This document shows positions 45,544 through 55,692 of a stretch of DNA of 64,000 nt, in pieces. Position 1 is the first letter of the stretch. Each line of letters opens with the position of its first letter. Source of the DNA: Pseudoclavibacter sp. (GTDB lineage Bacteria > Actinomycetota > Actinomycetes > Actinomycetales > Microbacteriaceae). A program made the position numbers and the translations under genes. The stretch is taken from NCBI GenBank assembly GCA_052099095.1, contig JBQDTF010000008.1:26164-90163 (forward strand), read 5' to 3'. The notes beneath the pieces are model-generated. The model worked only from the letters and a program-made list of their open reading frames with translations, was not told the DNA's origin and did not search any database.

Positions 45544-46380
45544 TCAGGGGTGGATGGTTGGTGGAGTGCCTGTCGAGCCGAGGCGTTCGTTCGCGCCGCG
45601 CACGACGAAGGCGACGCTGATGAGCGCGAGGACTCCGGCGGCGATGTTGATGATGGCCCCGATCCCGGCGAGGGGGCTGGGGGCGCCGTGGGTGACTGCG
45701 AAGGTGGAGAAGTCCCAGAACCCGTGGAGCAGCATCGGCCAGATCAGGGATCCCGTGACGCGGCGGAGCACGTAGAGGACGGTTCCGGCGAAGAAGGCGA
45801 AGATGACCTGCTGGATGGTGGGGCCGAGGTCTTGGCCTGAGGTCGCGTTCAGCAGGTGCATGCCCGCGAAGAGGGCAGTGCTGATGAGCCACACCCAGAC
45901 TTCGTTGAAGCGGCTGCGGAGCCCGGTGAGGAGGAGTCCTCGGGTGGTGAGTTCTTCGGTGAAACCGACGAGGACGATGACGAAGAGGGCGGCGATGAGG
46001 GCGCCGTCGAAGGCACCCCAGTCGGTGGAGACGATGTTGATGATCAGGGCGACGACCATCAGGATGGGCGCGATGATCGGCCAGCGCGTGCTGCGGTGCT
46101 GGTCGAAGAGCGCGGGCCGCCACCAGCCGAGGAGTGTCGTCGTGATCGCAAGCAGTACGGCGGCGATGATGAGGGAGAGGCCTGCGCCGAAGAACAGGTT
46201 GCTGCCGCTGTCACCGAGCTCGTCGTATCGCACGTTCGAAAATGCCTGGACGGTGTAGACGACGACCAGGTAGCCGACGTAGATCGCCAGGCCGATCCAG
46301 ACCCTTGGGCGAACCTTCAGTGCTTGATCCATGGACGTTTCCTTTTTCGTGAGTGTGGCGTCAACTGCGGAAGTAGGCAT
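45544..46380 (-). CDS. CPBP family intramembrane glutamic endopeptidase (CAAX/Abi)
   Basis: GFTEELTTRG (EExxxR), FAGMHLLN (FxxxH), LLHGFWDF (HxxxD/N). Confidence 0.85.
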   Translation of the reverse strand: MPTSAVDATLTKKETSMDQALKVRPRVWIGLAIYVGYLVVVYTVQAFSNVRYDELGDSGSNLFFGAGLSLIIAAVLLAITTTLLGWWRPALFDQHRSTRWPIIAPILMVVALIINIVSTDWGAFDGALIAALFVIVLVGFTEELTTRGLLLTGLRSRFNEVWVWLISTALFAGMHLLNATSGQDLGPTIQQVIFAFFAGTVLYVLRRVTGSLIWPMLLHGFWDFSTFAVTHGAPSPLAGIGAIINIAAGVLALISVAFVVRGANERLGSTGTPPTIHP

Positions 46381-46509
46381 TCGACTTCGCGGTGTCGAGC
46401 AGACTGAGACCGTTCACGGCGAAGAAGCCGCGATGTTCGGCGAGACGAGATTGAACGGATGAGCAACGTTGGACCTGATCGGCGAGGGCACGAACGAGTC
46501 GTGGCTAAC

Positions 46510-46534
46510 TAGACGGCTGATCGCCGTCTATTTT
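46510..46534 (+). terminator. Orphan hairpin + T tract in the CPBP/CPBP divergent intergenic region
   Basis: tagacggc-tgatc-gccgtcta-tttt. No annotated plus-strand gene upstream. Confidence 0.35.
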
Positions 46535-46809
46535 AGTCTCTGATTCGTCGCCAGCGCGCAGCATGTTTCGAAAGTCAACACAGCAGTGGTGCTCAACCGA
46601 CAGCTTCTCGCGACTGTGACCGAACGTACCGTGGGACGTCTAGAACCCATCGATTTCGCGATGCTTTACGCGACAATCTTTCTGGATAACTGAGTCGTCT
46701 CGGTTGCCGTCGTAGCGCGTCGTGCAGGTCGCCAGTCGCAGGTCTCGGCGCTCTCTGGTCGGCACGGTCATGCCCGCATCGACGGCGTCATCTGGGTGAT
46801 ACTGCAGGT

Positions 46810-47628
46810 ATGCCCTCACGCGACCAGCAGGAACAGAGCAGTGGACCGATTCCTCGAACTTTCTGGGTTGGAGTCGCGGCTGCTTCCTTCTATGTACTGA
46901 TCGCGGCCGTGGTCGGCAATCTGCTGGATCCTCTTGCGGGTGGCGACGACGCCCTGGATTTCGTCATCGCGACCTGGATCCCGGTCGCCGTGCTCATCAT
47001 CGTCGGGCTGCTGTTCGCGCGCAGAGCCGGCTGGCTCCGCGAGGCCTGGAGTGCATCGTCGCCCTTCGTCGAACGGCGACGGTGGTGGTTGCTTGCCATT
47101 CCGGTTGTGTTGGTAGTGCAGATCATCCTCATACTTGTCGATGTGCCTTGGTCGGAGCGGGCGGTGCCGGTTGTGCTGATCTACCTCGTGGGCTCCCTGC
47201 TGATCGGGATCGGTGAGGAGTTCTATTTCCGGGGCATCTTCCGAATCGCGATGCGTGGTCACCACGGCGAGCTTGCTGCCTTGCTGGTCACTTCGATGGC
47301 GTTCGGGCTTGCTCACACGGTCGGGTACTTCTTCAACGGGGTTCCCATCGGCGCAACCGCGCTGAGTGTTGCTTTTCTCGCAATGAACGGTGCGCTCTTC
47401 TACGGGGCACTCCGAGCGACCGGAACGCTCTGGGTTCCCATCCTGCTCCACGGGCTCGGCGATTTCGCCCGTTTCATGCAGAGCGGCGGTGACGCGCACG
47501 AGGAAGCCCAAGGGCTGAGTGGAGATGCCGGGACGGCGGTCGTGGAGTACGTGCTCATCGGACTCTCCATCGCGCTCGTGATCAGCGTCGCGCGCGGCGA
47601 GCGCCGTTCGGCACCGGTCGTTCGATGA
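46810..47628 (+). CDS. CPBP family intramembrane glutamic endopeptidase (second, divergent copy)
   Basis: GIGEEFYFRG, FGLAHTV, LLHGLGDF. Confidence 0.85.
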   Translation: MPSRDQQEQSSGPIPRTFWVGVAAASFYVLIAAVVGNLLDPLAGGDDALDFVIATWIPVAVLIIVGLLFARRAGWLREAWSASSPFVERRRWWLLAIPVVLVVQIILILVDVPWSERAVPVVLIYLVGSLLIGIGEEFYFRGIFRIAMRGHHGELAALLVTSMAFGLAHTVGYFFNGVPIGATALSVAFLAMNGALFYGALRATGTLWVPILLHGLGDFARFMQSGGDAHEEAQGLSGDAGTAVVEYVLIGLSIALVISVARGERRSAPVVR

Positions 47629-48820
47629 CCAGCAGTGTCCCGATCGCCGCGACGCTGACCAGCACCGCGGTAGCGGCCGGGAACGAGCCGACCGCTGCTG
47701 CGAGGCTGACTCCTCCGACCGGGGCGAGCGCGATGGCCGCCGTGATCGGTGCGCTGAACACTCCGTTGAGGGTGCCGAGCCGGTTGGTTCCCCACCGTTC
47801 GACGACGGCGGTGGCCTGTACGAGGGTGAGCGAGCCGCGGGCAGCGCCGGCGAGGAGCGCCACGACGACCAGTACGGCCAGAGGGCCGGGAACAAATGCG
47901 AACGCGGCCAGCACGAGGATCGCGATCACGCCCACGAGCAGGGGGCGAAGCTGCAGGGAGATCAGTCGGTTGAGGGCGGTGAAGAGGATGCGCCCCACGA
48001 CCTGTCCCACGCCCACGAGCCCGAGCACAAGGGCCGCGGTTCTCGCGTCGATGCCCCGTTCCGAGAGCAGCGGGATGAGGTTGAGTGTGACGGCGTAGAC
48101 GCTGAACGACAGCAGCGTCACCCCGACGCAGAGCTTGATGAAGCGACCGCTGCGGATCACCACCGGAGGCGCCGCGCGGTCCGTGTTCCGCGTCCTGGAA
48201 GCTGAAGGAGCACGTTTCGGGAGGAGGAAGGTGTGCACTGGAATGGTGACGAGCGCGAAGATCGCCCCGAGCACGAGGTAGGTACCGCGCCAGCCGACGA
48301 CCTCGGCAAGCATCGTCGCAACGGGGACGTAGAGCGTGGAGGCGAGGCCGGCGACGAGGGTGACCACCAGGAGAGGCTTTCCGGCGGCTGCTCCGTAACG
48401 AAGCCCGATGACCGTGAAGGCGGCCTGGTAGAGCACGCCGGCCTGCGCGACACCGATGACTGCCCAGGCGACGACGAATATGGGGAAGGTGCTGGCTGTG
48501 GAGACGAGGGCGATGCCGGCTGTGGCGAGTACGGACGACCAGGCCATGACGACGCGGCCCCCGAAGCGGTCGAGTAGCCGCCCCGACCCGATGCCGACGC
48601 CGGCCGAGACGAGGAGCCCAGCGGAAAAGGCGGCCATGACGGCCACCAGGCTCCATCCGGTGTCGGTGACGATGTGCGCGGCGATCGCGGGGAGCGTGTA
48701 GTACAGCGTGCCCCAGCTGATGATCTGTGTCACGCAGAGCGCGATCAGCACCCGGTCAGGCCGCCCCGGCTTCGTGGCCGGTTGGGAATTCGCCTGAGCT
48801 GTGGCCGTGGGTGAGCTCAT
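47582..48820 (-). CDS. MFS transporter (12-TMS), last gene of the phosphonate operon
   Basis: ATG 48820 overlaps the ADH stop (ATGA). SGRLLDRFGGRVVM motif A-like. About 12 hydrophobic segments. Confidence 0.8.
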   Translation of the reverse strand: MSSPTATAQANSQPATKPGRPDRVLIALCVTQIISWGTLYYTLPAIAAHIVTDTGWSLVAVMAAFSAGLLVSAGVGIGSGRLLDRFGGRVVMAWSSVLATAGIALVSTASTFPIFVVAWAVIGVAQAGVLYQAAFTVIGLRYGAAAGKPLLVVTLVAGLASTLYVPVATMLAEVVGWRGTYLVLGAIFALVTIPVHTFLLPKRAPSASRTRNTDRAAPPVVIRSGRFIKLCVGVTLLSFSVYAVTLNLIPLLSERGIDARTAALVLGLVGVGQVVGRILFTALNRLISLQLRPLLVGVIAILVLAAFAFVPGPLAVLVVVALLAGAARGSLTLVQATAVVERWGTNRLGTLNGVFSAPITAAIALAPVGGVSLAAAVGSFPAATAVLVSVAAIGTLLVIERPVPNGARRARR

Positions 48821-50037
48821 CCGAGACGGCTGGGCGCGCTCGGCGCGCGAGTGTCCTGCCAGTCGTGGTGCGCATCCGCGCCACGGGCTGGTGGCGCAAG
48901 GTCGATGCCGACGCGGATGGGCCCGCCGTCGGCGGCCAGCGCGACGCCGTCGCTGAGCTTGTCGAGGGGGAACGTCGCCCCGACGAGCTCCCTGAACGGC
49001 CACCGTGCGGAGCTCGTCGTGACGAACTCAACCGCCGCCGAGAGATCAGCTGCCGTGTAGTTGTGCACGCCGCGGACGGTGACGAGGCCTCGGACGAGGT
49101 GCTCCGGATCGAGGGCGATGGGTTCGGTGGGGAAGACGCTGCCGACGAGCACGACGGCGCCGCCGATCTCCACGGCGTCGAGGGCGCTGGCCACGGCAAC
49201 GCGTGACCCCGAGGCCTCGATGACGATGTCCGGACCCGACCGGCCGAGTCTCACCCACGCTTCCTCCGCGGCATCGGAAGCACCTGGGTCGATGGTCGCG
49301 TGCGCGCCGAAGCGTTCGGCGAGGTCTCGTCGCGCACCGTCTGGGTCGGCGACGATGACCGTGCAGCCCCGGTCGCGAGCGAGGGCCGCGACGGTGAGGC
49401 CGATCAGGCCGGCGCCGGAGACCAGGACCGCGGGTGCGTCGATGTCGACCATGTGCAGCGCGGCGCGAAGGGCGGCGACCGCGGTCGCCGTACCGCAGGT
49501 GACGGGCGCCAGGGCAGCAGCCGGGGTCGTCTCGTCGACCGCGACGATGTCCGTCCCCGGGCGCAGGTGCATGTGCGTCGCGAACCCTCCGCTGAGCTCC
49601 CACCTCGTGGTGAGGCGCTCGTGTCCGTACTTGAGCAGCGTCCGGCATTTCTGCGTCAGCCCGCGTGCGCATCGGTCGCAGTCACCGCAGCTCGCCATCA
49701 CCGACCACACGACGCGAGCCCCCGGCGCGAGGGGCTCCCCGTTGATCGTGTGCGCGCCGCCAGCCCCGATCGCGATCACCCGGCCCACGTACTCGTGCCC
49801 GAGCACGCCCGGTGTCGGCGACTGCCGATGCCCGAGCATCGTGTGCACGTCCGATCCGCAGATCGTCGCGAACTCGAGGGCCACAAGCACTTCCCCCTGC
49901 CCCAGCAGGACGTCGGGGACGGCGACGGCTTCAAGGGGCTTGCCGACACCGAGCCACACCATGGCCGTCGCGGCTGGCCGCAGTTGGATGGGCCGCGCCG
50001 AGGTGGTCTCCGCGCGCGACGGCGCGACCGGGCTCAT
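48817..50037 (-). CDS. Zinc-type alcohol dehydrogenase (phosphonate-catabolism-associated type)
   Basis: ICGSDVH, GHEYVGRV, CGDCDRCARG (structural Zn), VSGAGLIGL. Confidence 0.8.
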   Translation of the reverse strand: MSPVAPSRAETTSARPIQLRPAATAMVWLGVGKPLEAVAVPDVLLGQGEVLVALEFATICGSDVHTMLGHRQSPTPGVLGHEYVGRVIAIGAGGAHTINGEPLAPGARVVWSVMASCGDCDRCARGLTQKCRTLLKYGHERLTTRWELSGGFATHMHLRPGTDIVAVDETTPAAALAPVTCGTATAVAALRAALHMVDIDAPAVLVSGAGLIGLTVAALARDRGCTVIVADPDGARRDLAERFGAHATIDPGASDAAEEAWVRLGRSGPDIVIEASGSRVAVASALDAVEIGGAVVLVGSVFPTEPIALDPEHLVRGLVTVRGVHNYTAADLSAAVEFVTTSSARWPFRELVGATFPLDKLSDGVALAADGGPIRVGIDLAPPARGADAHHDWQDTRAPSAPSRLG

Positions 50038-50768
50038 GATGCGGAGCGCTGGAAGGCCGGCAGTCCGCGCAGCGCGGCGACGCTGTCGATGACGGCGTGG
50101 GCGCCGCTGGCCTCGAGCGTGTCCCGGTCGTGGGCGCCGCTGAGGACACCGACTGTGAGGCCGACGCCGGCGCGGAGCCCGGACTGCACGTCGCTCGCGG
50201 TGTCGCCGACGACGGCGACAGCCTCGACGCTCGACGCTCCGGTGCGGAGGATGGCTCCGAGCACGAGGTCGGGCGCGGGGCGGCCTCGGCCGACATCGAT
50301 GGGCGACAGTGCGAGGTCGACGAGCTGCTCCCAGCCGAGGGCGCGCAGGATCGCGTCTCGGGTCACGGGAGCGAAGCCCGTCGTCAGCACGACCGCGATG
50401 CCTGCCTCGCGCAGCGCCTCGATGGTTCCGCGTGCGCCGGGAACCTCCTGCACTCCCTCTTCTTCGACGAGCTCCGCATAGGCGTCTTCGAAGGCTGCGG
50501 TCGCCGCTGTAGCCGCCTCGACGTCGCCGTTCGCGAGGTGCGTGAACACGTCGAGCTTCGACTGCCCCATGGTTTCGCGCACGTAGGCGAGCGCTTCCGG
50601 CCAGGGCAGGTGCGCGGCGACGCCTGTGCGGTTGGCGGCGCGCTCGAACGCGCGCTCGACAACGCCGTCGTCGAGCACCGTGGTGCCTGCCATGTCCAGC
50701 ACGACGAGCTCGAGCGGGATGCTCGCGGACGTGGTGGGCTGCGAGGGGGTTGGGACGGTGGTGGTCAT
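50034..50768 (-). CDS. HAD-superfamily phosphonatase-like hydrolase (PhnX-like)
   Basis: VVLDMAGTTV (DxxGT motif I variant), later VVGDTASDVQSG (motif IV). Confidence 0.8.
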   Translation of the reverse strand: MTTTVPTPSQPTTSASIPLELVVLDMAGTTVLDDGVVERAFERAANRTGVAAHLPWPEALAYVRETMGQSKLDVFTHLANGDVEAATAATAAFEDAYAELVEEEGVQEVPGARGTIEALREAGIAVVLTTGFAPVTRDAILRALGWEQLVDLALSPIDVGRGRPAPDLVLGAILRTGASSVEAVAVVGDTASDVQSGLRAGVGLTVGVLSGAHDRDTLEASGAHAVIDSVAALRGLPAFQRSAS

Positions 50769-51949
50769 CTCAGGCCTTTCGAGGTTGCAGCGTGTGGGGT
50801 CGGAGCGGACACAGCGTCCAGCTCAAGAGCAAGGTGGTGTTCGGCGAGGCCGAGGCCGGTGGTCATGCCGATGCCGGTGGTCGCGGCGATCGCGAGGACG
50901 CCCGGCTGCGGTCGTTCGACGAGGAACTCGTTCGGTGCGGCCGCGTAGACGCCCTGCCAGCGTTCGCGTACCAGCAGCGGGCCGGTCTGCAGGAGGCGCT
51001 CGGCTTCGGCGAGCATGAGGTTCGCTGCGGCCTCAGATTGGAAGGGCGAGACGGAGATGCCTCGCCAGTGGGTGTCGCCCACGAGAAGCGAGCCGTCCGG
51101 CAGCTGCGTGAGCATCTGGTTCAGGTCGATCGCCGCGAGGTCGGGGCGATCACCGTGCAGGCGCTCGCGCACCGCTGCGGCTTCGGGGAGCCCGGCGAAC
51201 CCGCGGTAGCGGATGAGCGACCAGCCCGTGAGCATCGGCGCGCTGAGAGGAGTTGCGAGCGGAGCGTCCACGCGCAGCATGTCGAGCGCGCACCGCTCGA
51301 CGCCGTGCCGTTCCGCGATATCGGGGAGCAGCTGGTCGATGTCGTGGTTGACGGCGACCACCGTGAGGCCCGTCGCGATGTCGCCGCGGCTGGTTTCGAC
51401 GAGGCCGCTGCGGACGCGGCCGACGGCCGTGCGCATCCGGAACTCGACGCCCATGCGCTGCAGGTGGCGGACGATCGCCGCGGCGGCCGTGCGTGGGTCG
51501 GTCTGCAGATCGGCCGGAAGGAGCGCACCGCCGGTCGCGACGCCGTTCCTGACCGGGACACGTGCGGCGACCTCGGCCGCGGTGAGCAGCTGGATCTCCT
51601 CGTCGACGGGCAGCTGGGCGTTGTCGCCCGGCGGAGTGTGGCGAGCGGCGTCGAGGAGCGCGAGCTCATCGTCGTGGCGGGCCACGACGACAGTCCCGGA
51701 TTCGCGTAGCCAGAACCCCGCATCGGTGGCGAGCTGCAGCCACAGTTCGCGGGCCAGGACTCCGTAGGTGCGGGCGTCGCCCGTCTGCGGCGTGAAGCAC
51801 AGGTGCCCGAAGTTGCGGATGCTCGCACCGGCCGGCTCGCTCGTGCGGTCGAGTACGACGACCGAGAGTCCGCGCTTGGCTGCAGCGTAGGCGGCACCGA
51901 GACCGACGATGCCGGAGCCGACGACGGTGACGTCGAAGCCGCGGCTCAT
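50765..51949 (-). CDS. FAD-dependent oxidoreductase (DAO family; phosphonate-cluster-associated)
   Basis: FDVTVVGSGIVGLGAAYAAAKRG Rossmann motif. ATG 51949 overlaps the phnE stop (ATGA). Confidence 0.8.
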   Translation of the reverse strand: MSRGFDVTVVGSGIVGLGAAYAAAKRGLSVVVLDRTSEPAGASIRNFGHLCFTPQTGDARTYGVLARELWLQLATDAGFWLRESGTVVVARHDDELALLDAARHTPPGDNAQLPVDEEIQLLTAAEVAARVPVRNGVATGGALLPADLQTDPRTAAAAIVRHLQRMGVEFRMRTAVGRVRSGLVETSRGDIATGLTVVAVNHDIDQLLPDIAERHGVERCALDMLRVDAPLATPLSAPMLTGWSLIRYRGFAGLPEAAAVRERLHGDRPDLAAIDLNQMLTQLPDGSLLVGDTHWRGISVSPFQSEAAANLMLAEAERLLQTGPLLVRERWQGVYAAAPNEFLVERPQPGVLAIAATTGIGMTTGLGLAEHHLALELDAVSAPTPHAATSKGLR

Positions 51950-53691
51950 CGGAACACCCGGCGCATCCACATCGCGATGCCCTCGACCAGGAGCACGGTC
52001 GTGAGGATCATGAGGACGATCGCCGTGACTAGCGGGTAGTTCGAGCCCTGGCCGGCGTTGAGGAGGTAGTAGCCGACGCCACCGCCTCCGACGATGCCGA
52101 GCAGCGTCGCCGCGCGGATGTTCGTGTCGAGCAGGTAGAAGGTGTGGCCGATGAGGGCGGGAGCGCCCTGCGGGAGCGTCGCGCTGGCATAGGTCTGCAG
52201 GCGGGTTGCGCCAGTGGCTCGGAGGGCCGTCTCGGGTCCGCGGCGTACTTCTTCGAAGGAGTCGGCGATGAGCTTGCCGAGGAGGCCGATGCCGCCGATG
52301 GCGAGCGCGATGGTGCCCGCCTGCGTGCCGAGCCCCGTGATGATGATGAGCACGATCGCGAGGATCACCTCGGGGATGCCGCGGATGCCGACCAGCAGCA
52401 GGCGCATGCCGCCTTGGGTGGAGCGGGTCGGGGCGACGTTGCGTGCCGCGAGTGAGCCGATCACGAGCGACACGACGAACGTGAGGAGCGTGGCCGCGAA
52501 CGCGATGGCGATCGTGTCGCGCATCGCCTCGAGCATGGTCGCGAGGTCGTAGACGCCGAACGACGGCGGCCAGAACTGCACGGCGATCTCGGGGATGCGA
52601 GCCCAGAACGTGAGGAAGTCGAGCCAGTTGATGTCAGCGAACGTGACCGCCGCGACCACGACGAGGGCGGCAACCCAGCCCCACACGACGTGACCGAGAC
52701 GGGTCGAGTTCCAGGGGCGCTTGATCGCGTCCCTCGGGGACTTGAAGCGCGGTGCCCCGCCGATCTGGCGGCTCGTCGCGGAACCGCGGTTGCCCCGCAT
52801 CCGGTCGACGAGCTTGTCGATGGGGTTGCGGCTGCCCTCGTGCCCGCCGAGCATCGCGGCGCGCACCAGGCTCGAGACCACCTCCATCGCGACGCACAGG
52901 ACGAAGATGATCAGCGCGATGCCAAGGCCCAGCGAGTAGTCGAGCGACTTGAACGCGGTCGACATCTCGAGGCCTAGGCCGGCGACGCCGACGTAACCGA
53001 GGATCACGGAGCCGCGGAGGTTGATGTCGTTACGGTGGAGCACGGTCGCAACCCAGGAGGGCAACACCTGCGGGAGCACCCCGGATGTGAATTCCTGCAG
53101 CTTCGAGCCGCCTGCGGCCCGGATCGCGAGCCGCGGTCCTTCGTCGATCTGCTCGATGGCGTCGGCGAACATCTTGGAGATCATGCCGATCGAGTGGATG
53201 CCGATCGCGAGGATTCCGGGCAGGGAGCCGAGCGAGAACATGAGCACGAACACCATGGCGAGGACCACATCGGGAAGTGCGCGGGTGAAGACGCCGATGA
53301 AGCGAGCAGCGCCGCGCCAGGCGTGGCCCGGAGTGGTGTTCGCGGCGGCGAGGTACGCGAGGGGCACGGAGACGACGGCGGCGAACAGGGTGCCGCAGAG
53401 CACGAGGCCCAGGGTGAGGCCGGTGAGCTCGAGCAGCTCGGGCCATTCGGGGAAGCTCAGGCCCCCGACGCGGGTGAAGAATCGTTCGGCGTTGGACCAG
53501 CTCTCGATCATTGCCGGCACCGAGATATCGATCTCGATGAGGGCGGCGACCGCGATGCCGGCAAGTGCGAGGAGCGTGAGGACGGCCGCGATGCGCTCTG
53601 GGGCTCGGCGCTGTCGAGGCGCGCGCGCCTCGACCCCCGTCTGGTGCGGGGTGGATGCGTGCGGGGGCGCGGGGGCGACGGTCGCGGTCAT
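51946..53691 (-). CDS. phnE: Phosphonate ABC transporter permease (fused double PhnE)
   Basis: Two tandem permease halves, each with an EAA-like loop (IEQIDEGPRLAIRAAGGS; FEEVRRGPETALRATGAT). Confidence 0.85.
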   Translation of the reverse strand: MTATVAPAPPHASTPHQTGVEARAPRQRRAPERIAAVLTLLALAGIAVAALIEIDISVPAMIESWSNAERFFTRVGGLSFPEWPELLELTGLTLGLVLCGTLFAAVVSVPLAYLAAANTTPGHAWRGAARFIGVFTRALPDVVLAMVFVLMFSLGSLPGILAIGIHSIGMISKMFADAIEQIDEGPRLAIRAAGGSKLQEFTSGVLPQVLPSWVATVLHRNDINLRGSVILGYVGVAGLGLEMSTAFKSLDYSLGLGIALIIFVLCVAMEVVSSLVRAAMLGGHEGSRNPIDKLVDRMRGNRGSATSRQIGGAPRFKSPRDAIKRPWNSTRLGHVVWGWVAALVVVAAVTFADINWLDFLTFWARIPEIAVQFWPPSFGVYDLATMLEAMRDTIAIAFAATLLTFVVSLVIGSLAARNVAPTRSTQGGMRLLLVGIRGIPEVILAIVLIIITGLGTQAGTIALAIGGIGLLGKLIADSFEEVRRGPETALRATGATRLQTYASATLPQGAPALIGHTFYLLDTNIRAATLLGIVGGGGVGYYLLNAGQGSNYPLVTAIVLMILTTVLLVEGIAMWMRRVFR

Positions 53692-54527
53692 CGTGCCGAC
53701 TCCGCGGCCAGAAGTTCGTTCTGCACGGCTTCGAGTTCGGCGGTGCTGGTCGCGACGCGACCGTAGATCTCCATCACCTCGGCCTTGGTGAGGCCCTCCA
53801 CGGGGGTGTCGAGCACGACTGCCCCGTGGCGGAGCCCGACGATACGGTCGGCCCAGGAGATGGCGAGGTCAACCTGGTGGAGGCTGCACACGACGGTGAG
53901 ACCGTCGGCGGCCGCGATCTCCCGGATGAGCCGCATGACTTGTTCACTAGATTCCGGGTCGAGGGAGGCGACGGGCTCGTCGGCGAGGAGAATGTCGGGG
54001 CGTTGCATGAGGGCGCGGGCTATGGCGACGCGCTGCTGTTGGCCACCGGAAAGGGTATCAGCGCGCTGGTAGGCGCGGTCGAGCAGGCCGACGCGGTCGA
54101 GGTGTCCGAGCGCCTCGAGCTTGTTCGCCTTGGAGTAGCCGAACAACCCGAGCCGCGGACCTCGGATGGTGGCGAGCGCTCCCGTCAGAACGTTCTCGAG
54201 CACCGTCAGCGACGGCACGAGCTCGAACTGCTGGAAGATGAACCCAACCCTGCTGCGCAGCCGCCGGAGCGGGCGGCCGCGCAGTCGCGACACCTCGTGG
54301 CCGAGCACGTTCACGTCACCGGACGTGGGCAGCTCGAGCGCGTTGAGGTGGCGCAGCAGGGTGGACTTGCCGGAACCGGAGAGGCCGAGCAGCACGACCA
54401 TCTCACCGCGAGCCACCTCGAGGTTCACGCCGTCGAGCGCAGTGGTCTCGCCGAAGCGCTTGGTGACGTCGGCAAGCGAGATCACTGGGGACGTGGTGTC
54501 AGCGGTGGTGCTCATGTCGGTGCTCAT
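53688..54527 (-). CDS. phnC: Phosphonate ABC transporter ATP-binding protein
   Basis: GLSGSGKST (Walker A), LSGGQQQRVAIARAL, LLADEP (Walker B). Confidence 0.9.
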   Translation of the reverse strand: MSTDMSTTADTTSPVISLADVTKRFGETTALDGVNLEVARGEMVVLLGLSGSGKSTLLRHLNALELPTSGDVNVLGHEVSRLRGRPLRRLRSRVGFIFQQFELVPSLTVLENVLTGALATIRGPRLGLFGYSKANKLEALGHLDRVGLLDRAYQRADTLSGGQQQRVAIARALMQRPDILLADEPVASLDPESSEQVMRLIREIAAADGLTVVCSLHQVDLAISWADRIVGLRHGAVVLDTPVEGLTKAEVMEIYGRVATSTAELEAVQNELLAAESAR

Positions 54528-54563
54528 CTCTGGTGTCGGCTGATCAGACGGGTCAGTCGTGGG

Positions 54564-55484
54564 TCAGCTCTGGCACTGCGTGGCGTTGGTCGCCTCGCAG
54601 ATGTCGCGGACCGTGTCGTAGTACTGGTCGTCGACCGGCTTCGTCTCGAAGAAGACGCTCCGGAACCCCTCGCTGTCGGCGCTCTCCACGCCGGCGGCGA
54701 TGATGTCGTCGATCGTGACCTCGGAGAGGATGTCGCGCAGCTGCTGCTTCAGGTCGTCCGGCAGCTTGTCCGACTCGACGATGGGGGCACCGGGGACCAT
54801 GGTCTCGGCGATGACCTTCACCTTGTCGGACTTCTCGACCTCGCTGTCTTCGGCGAAGCCTGCCTCGCACTCGACGCCTTCGCCGACCTTCTGCACGCTG
54901 ACGTCGTGCTTGCCCGCCATGACGGGAATGATGTCCGCTTCGGGGTCGATGCCTGCTTCGAGGAGGTTGTAGCTCGGGAACAGGTAGCCGGAGGTGGAGG
55001 AGGGGTCGACGAAGCAGACCTTCTTGCCTGCGAGGTCTTCGATCGATGCGATGTCGCTGTCAACGGGCACGATGGCCTGCGAGTAGTAGCCGGGCTCCTG
55101 ACCCTCGGACGTCACGATGGAGGAGATCGGGGTGAGCTCGGCACCGTTGTTCGTGGCGGTGACGTAGGTGAACCCGGAGAAGGAGGCCACGTCGACCTTG
55201 CCGGCGATCGCGGCTTCGATGAGCGCCGCGTAGTCCGTGGACTCGTGGTACTCGACGGTCTTGCCCGTCTCGAGCGCGATGTAGTCCATGAGTGGCTGGT
55301 AGTTGGTCTCGGTGTCGACGGAGTCGGGGACGACGCCGAAGACGAGGGTGTTCGAGTCGACGGCGAAGCCTGACGAGTCATCTGATCCGGATGCGTCTGC
55401 GGCGGGGGTCGAGCAGGCGGCGAGGCTGAGTGCGAGGATGCCGGCGCCTGCGAGGGCGATCGCGGGCTTGAGGGCGCGGGTCAT
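54564..55484 (-). CDS. phnD: Phosphonate ABC transporter substrate-binding lipoprotein
   Basis: Lipobox LAAC. LVFGVVPDS..., YAALIEAAIAGKVDVASFSGFTYV PhnD-like blocks. Confidence 0.85.
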   Translation of the reverse strand: MTRALKPAIALAGAGILALSLAACSTPAADASGSDDSSGFAVDSNTLVFGVVPDSVDTETNYQPLMDYIALETGKTVEYHESTDYAALIEAAIAGKVDVASFSGFTYVTATNNGAELTPISSIVTSEGQEPGYYSQAIVPVDSDIASIEDLAGKKVCFVDPSSTSGYLFPSYNLLEAGIDPEADIIPVMAGKHDVSVQKVGEGVECEAGFAEDSEVEKSDKVKVIAETMVPGAPIVESDKLPDDLKQQLRDILSEVTIDDIIAAGVESADSEGFRSVFFETKPVDDQYYDTVRDICEATNATQCQS

Positions 55485-55585
55485 GTGCTGTGCCTTTCGG
55501 GCGGGGGTGTCGGAGCGGGACGTGAAGAGACTGCCAGAAGTGAGAGCACTTGTATGCCTATCTTGTCAGGATTCACGAGTTGTTC

Positions 55586-55597
55586 ACCTACGTAGGT
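55586..55597. promoter_or_regulatory. 12-bp perfect palindrome in the phnD/GntR divergent region (candidate GntR-HutC operator)
   Basis: acctacgtaggt; lies in the 208-bp divergent intergenic region. Confidence 0.3.
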
Positions 55598-55692
55598 CGG
55601 GGAGTTCGGAAGAACCGCGATCAGCCACGCCGGTTTTCGTCGGAAACGGGTGACAATGCCCGTGAGGCCACGAAGGCAAGTAGTATTCCTAT

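Noticed and set aside
46459-46512. 17-codon ORF (MSNVGPDRRGHERVVAN) as a bacteriocin-like peptide between the CPBP genes
   Set aside because: It is too short and hydrophilic, has no leader motif and no clear RBS. It is kept only as a note inside the CPBP finding.
47582-47628. 47-nt convergent overlap of the CPBP and MFS genes (and the 26-nt overlap at 57218-57243) as a regulatory antisense arrangement
   Set aside because: Short convergent 3' overlaps are common in compact high-GC genomes and may partly reflect uncertain stop context. There is nothing further to support a function.
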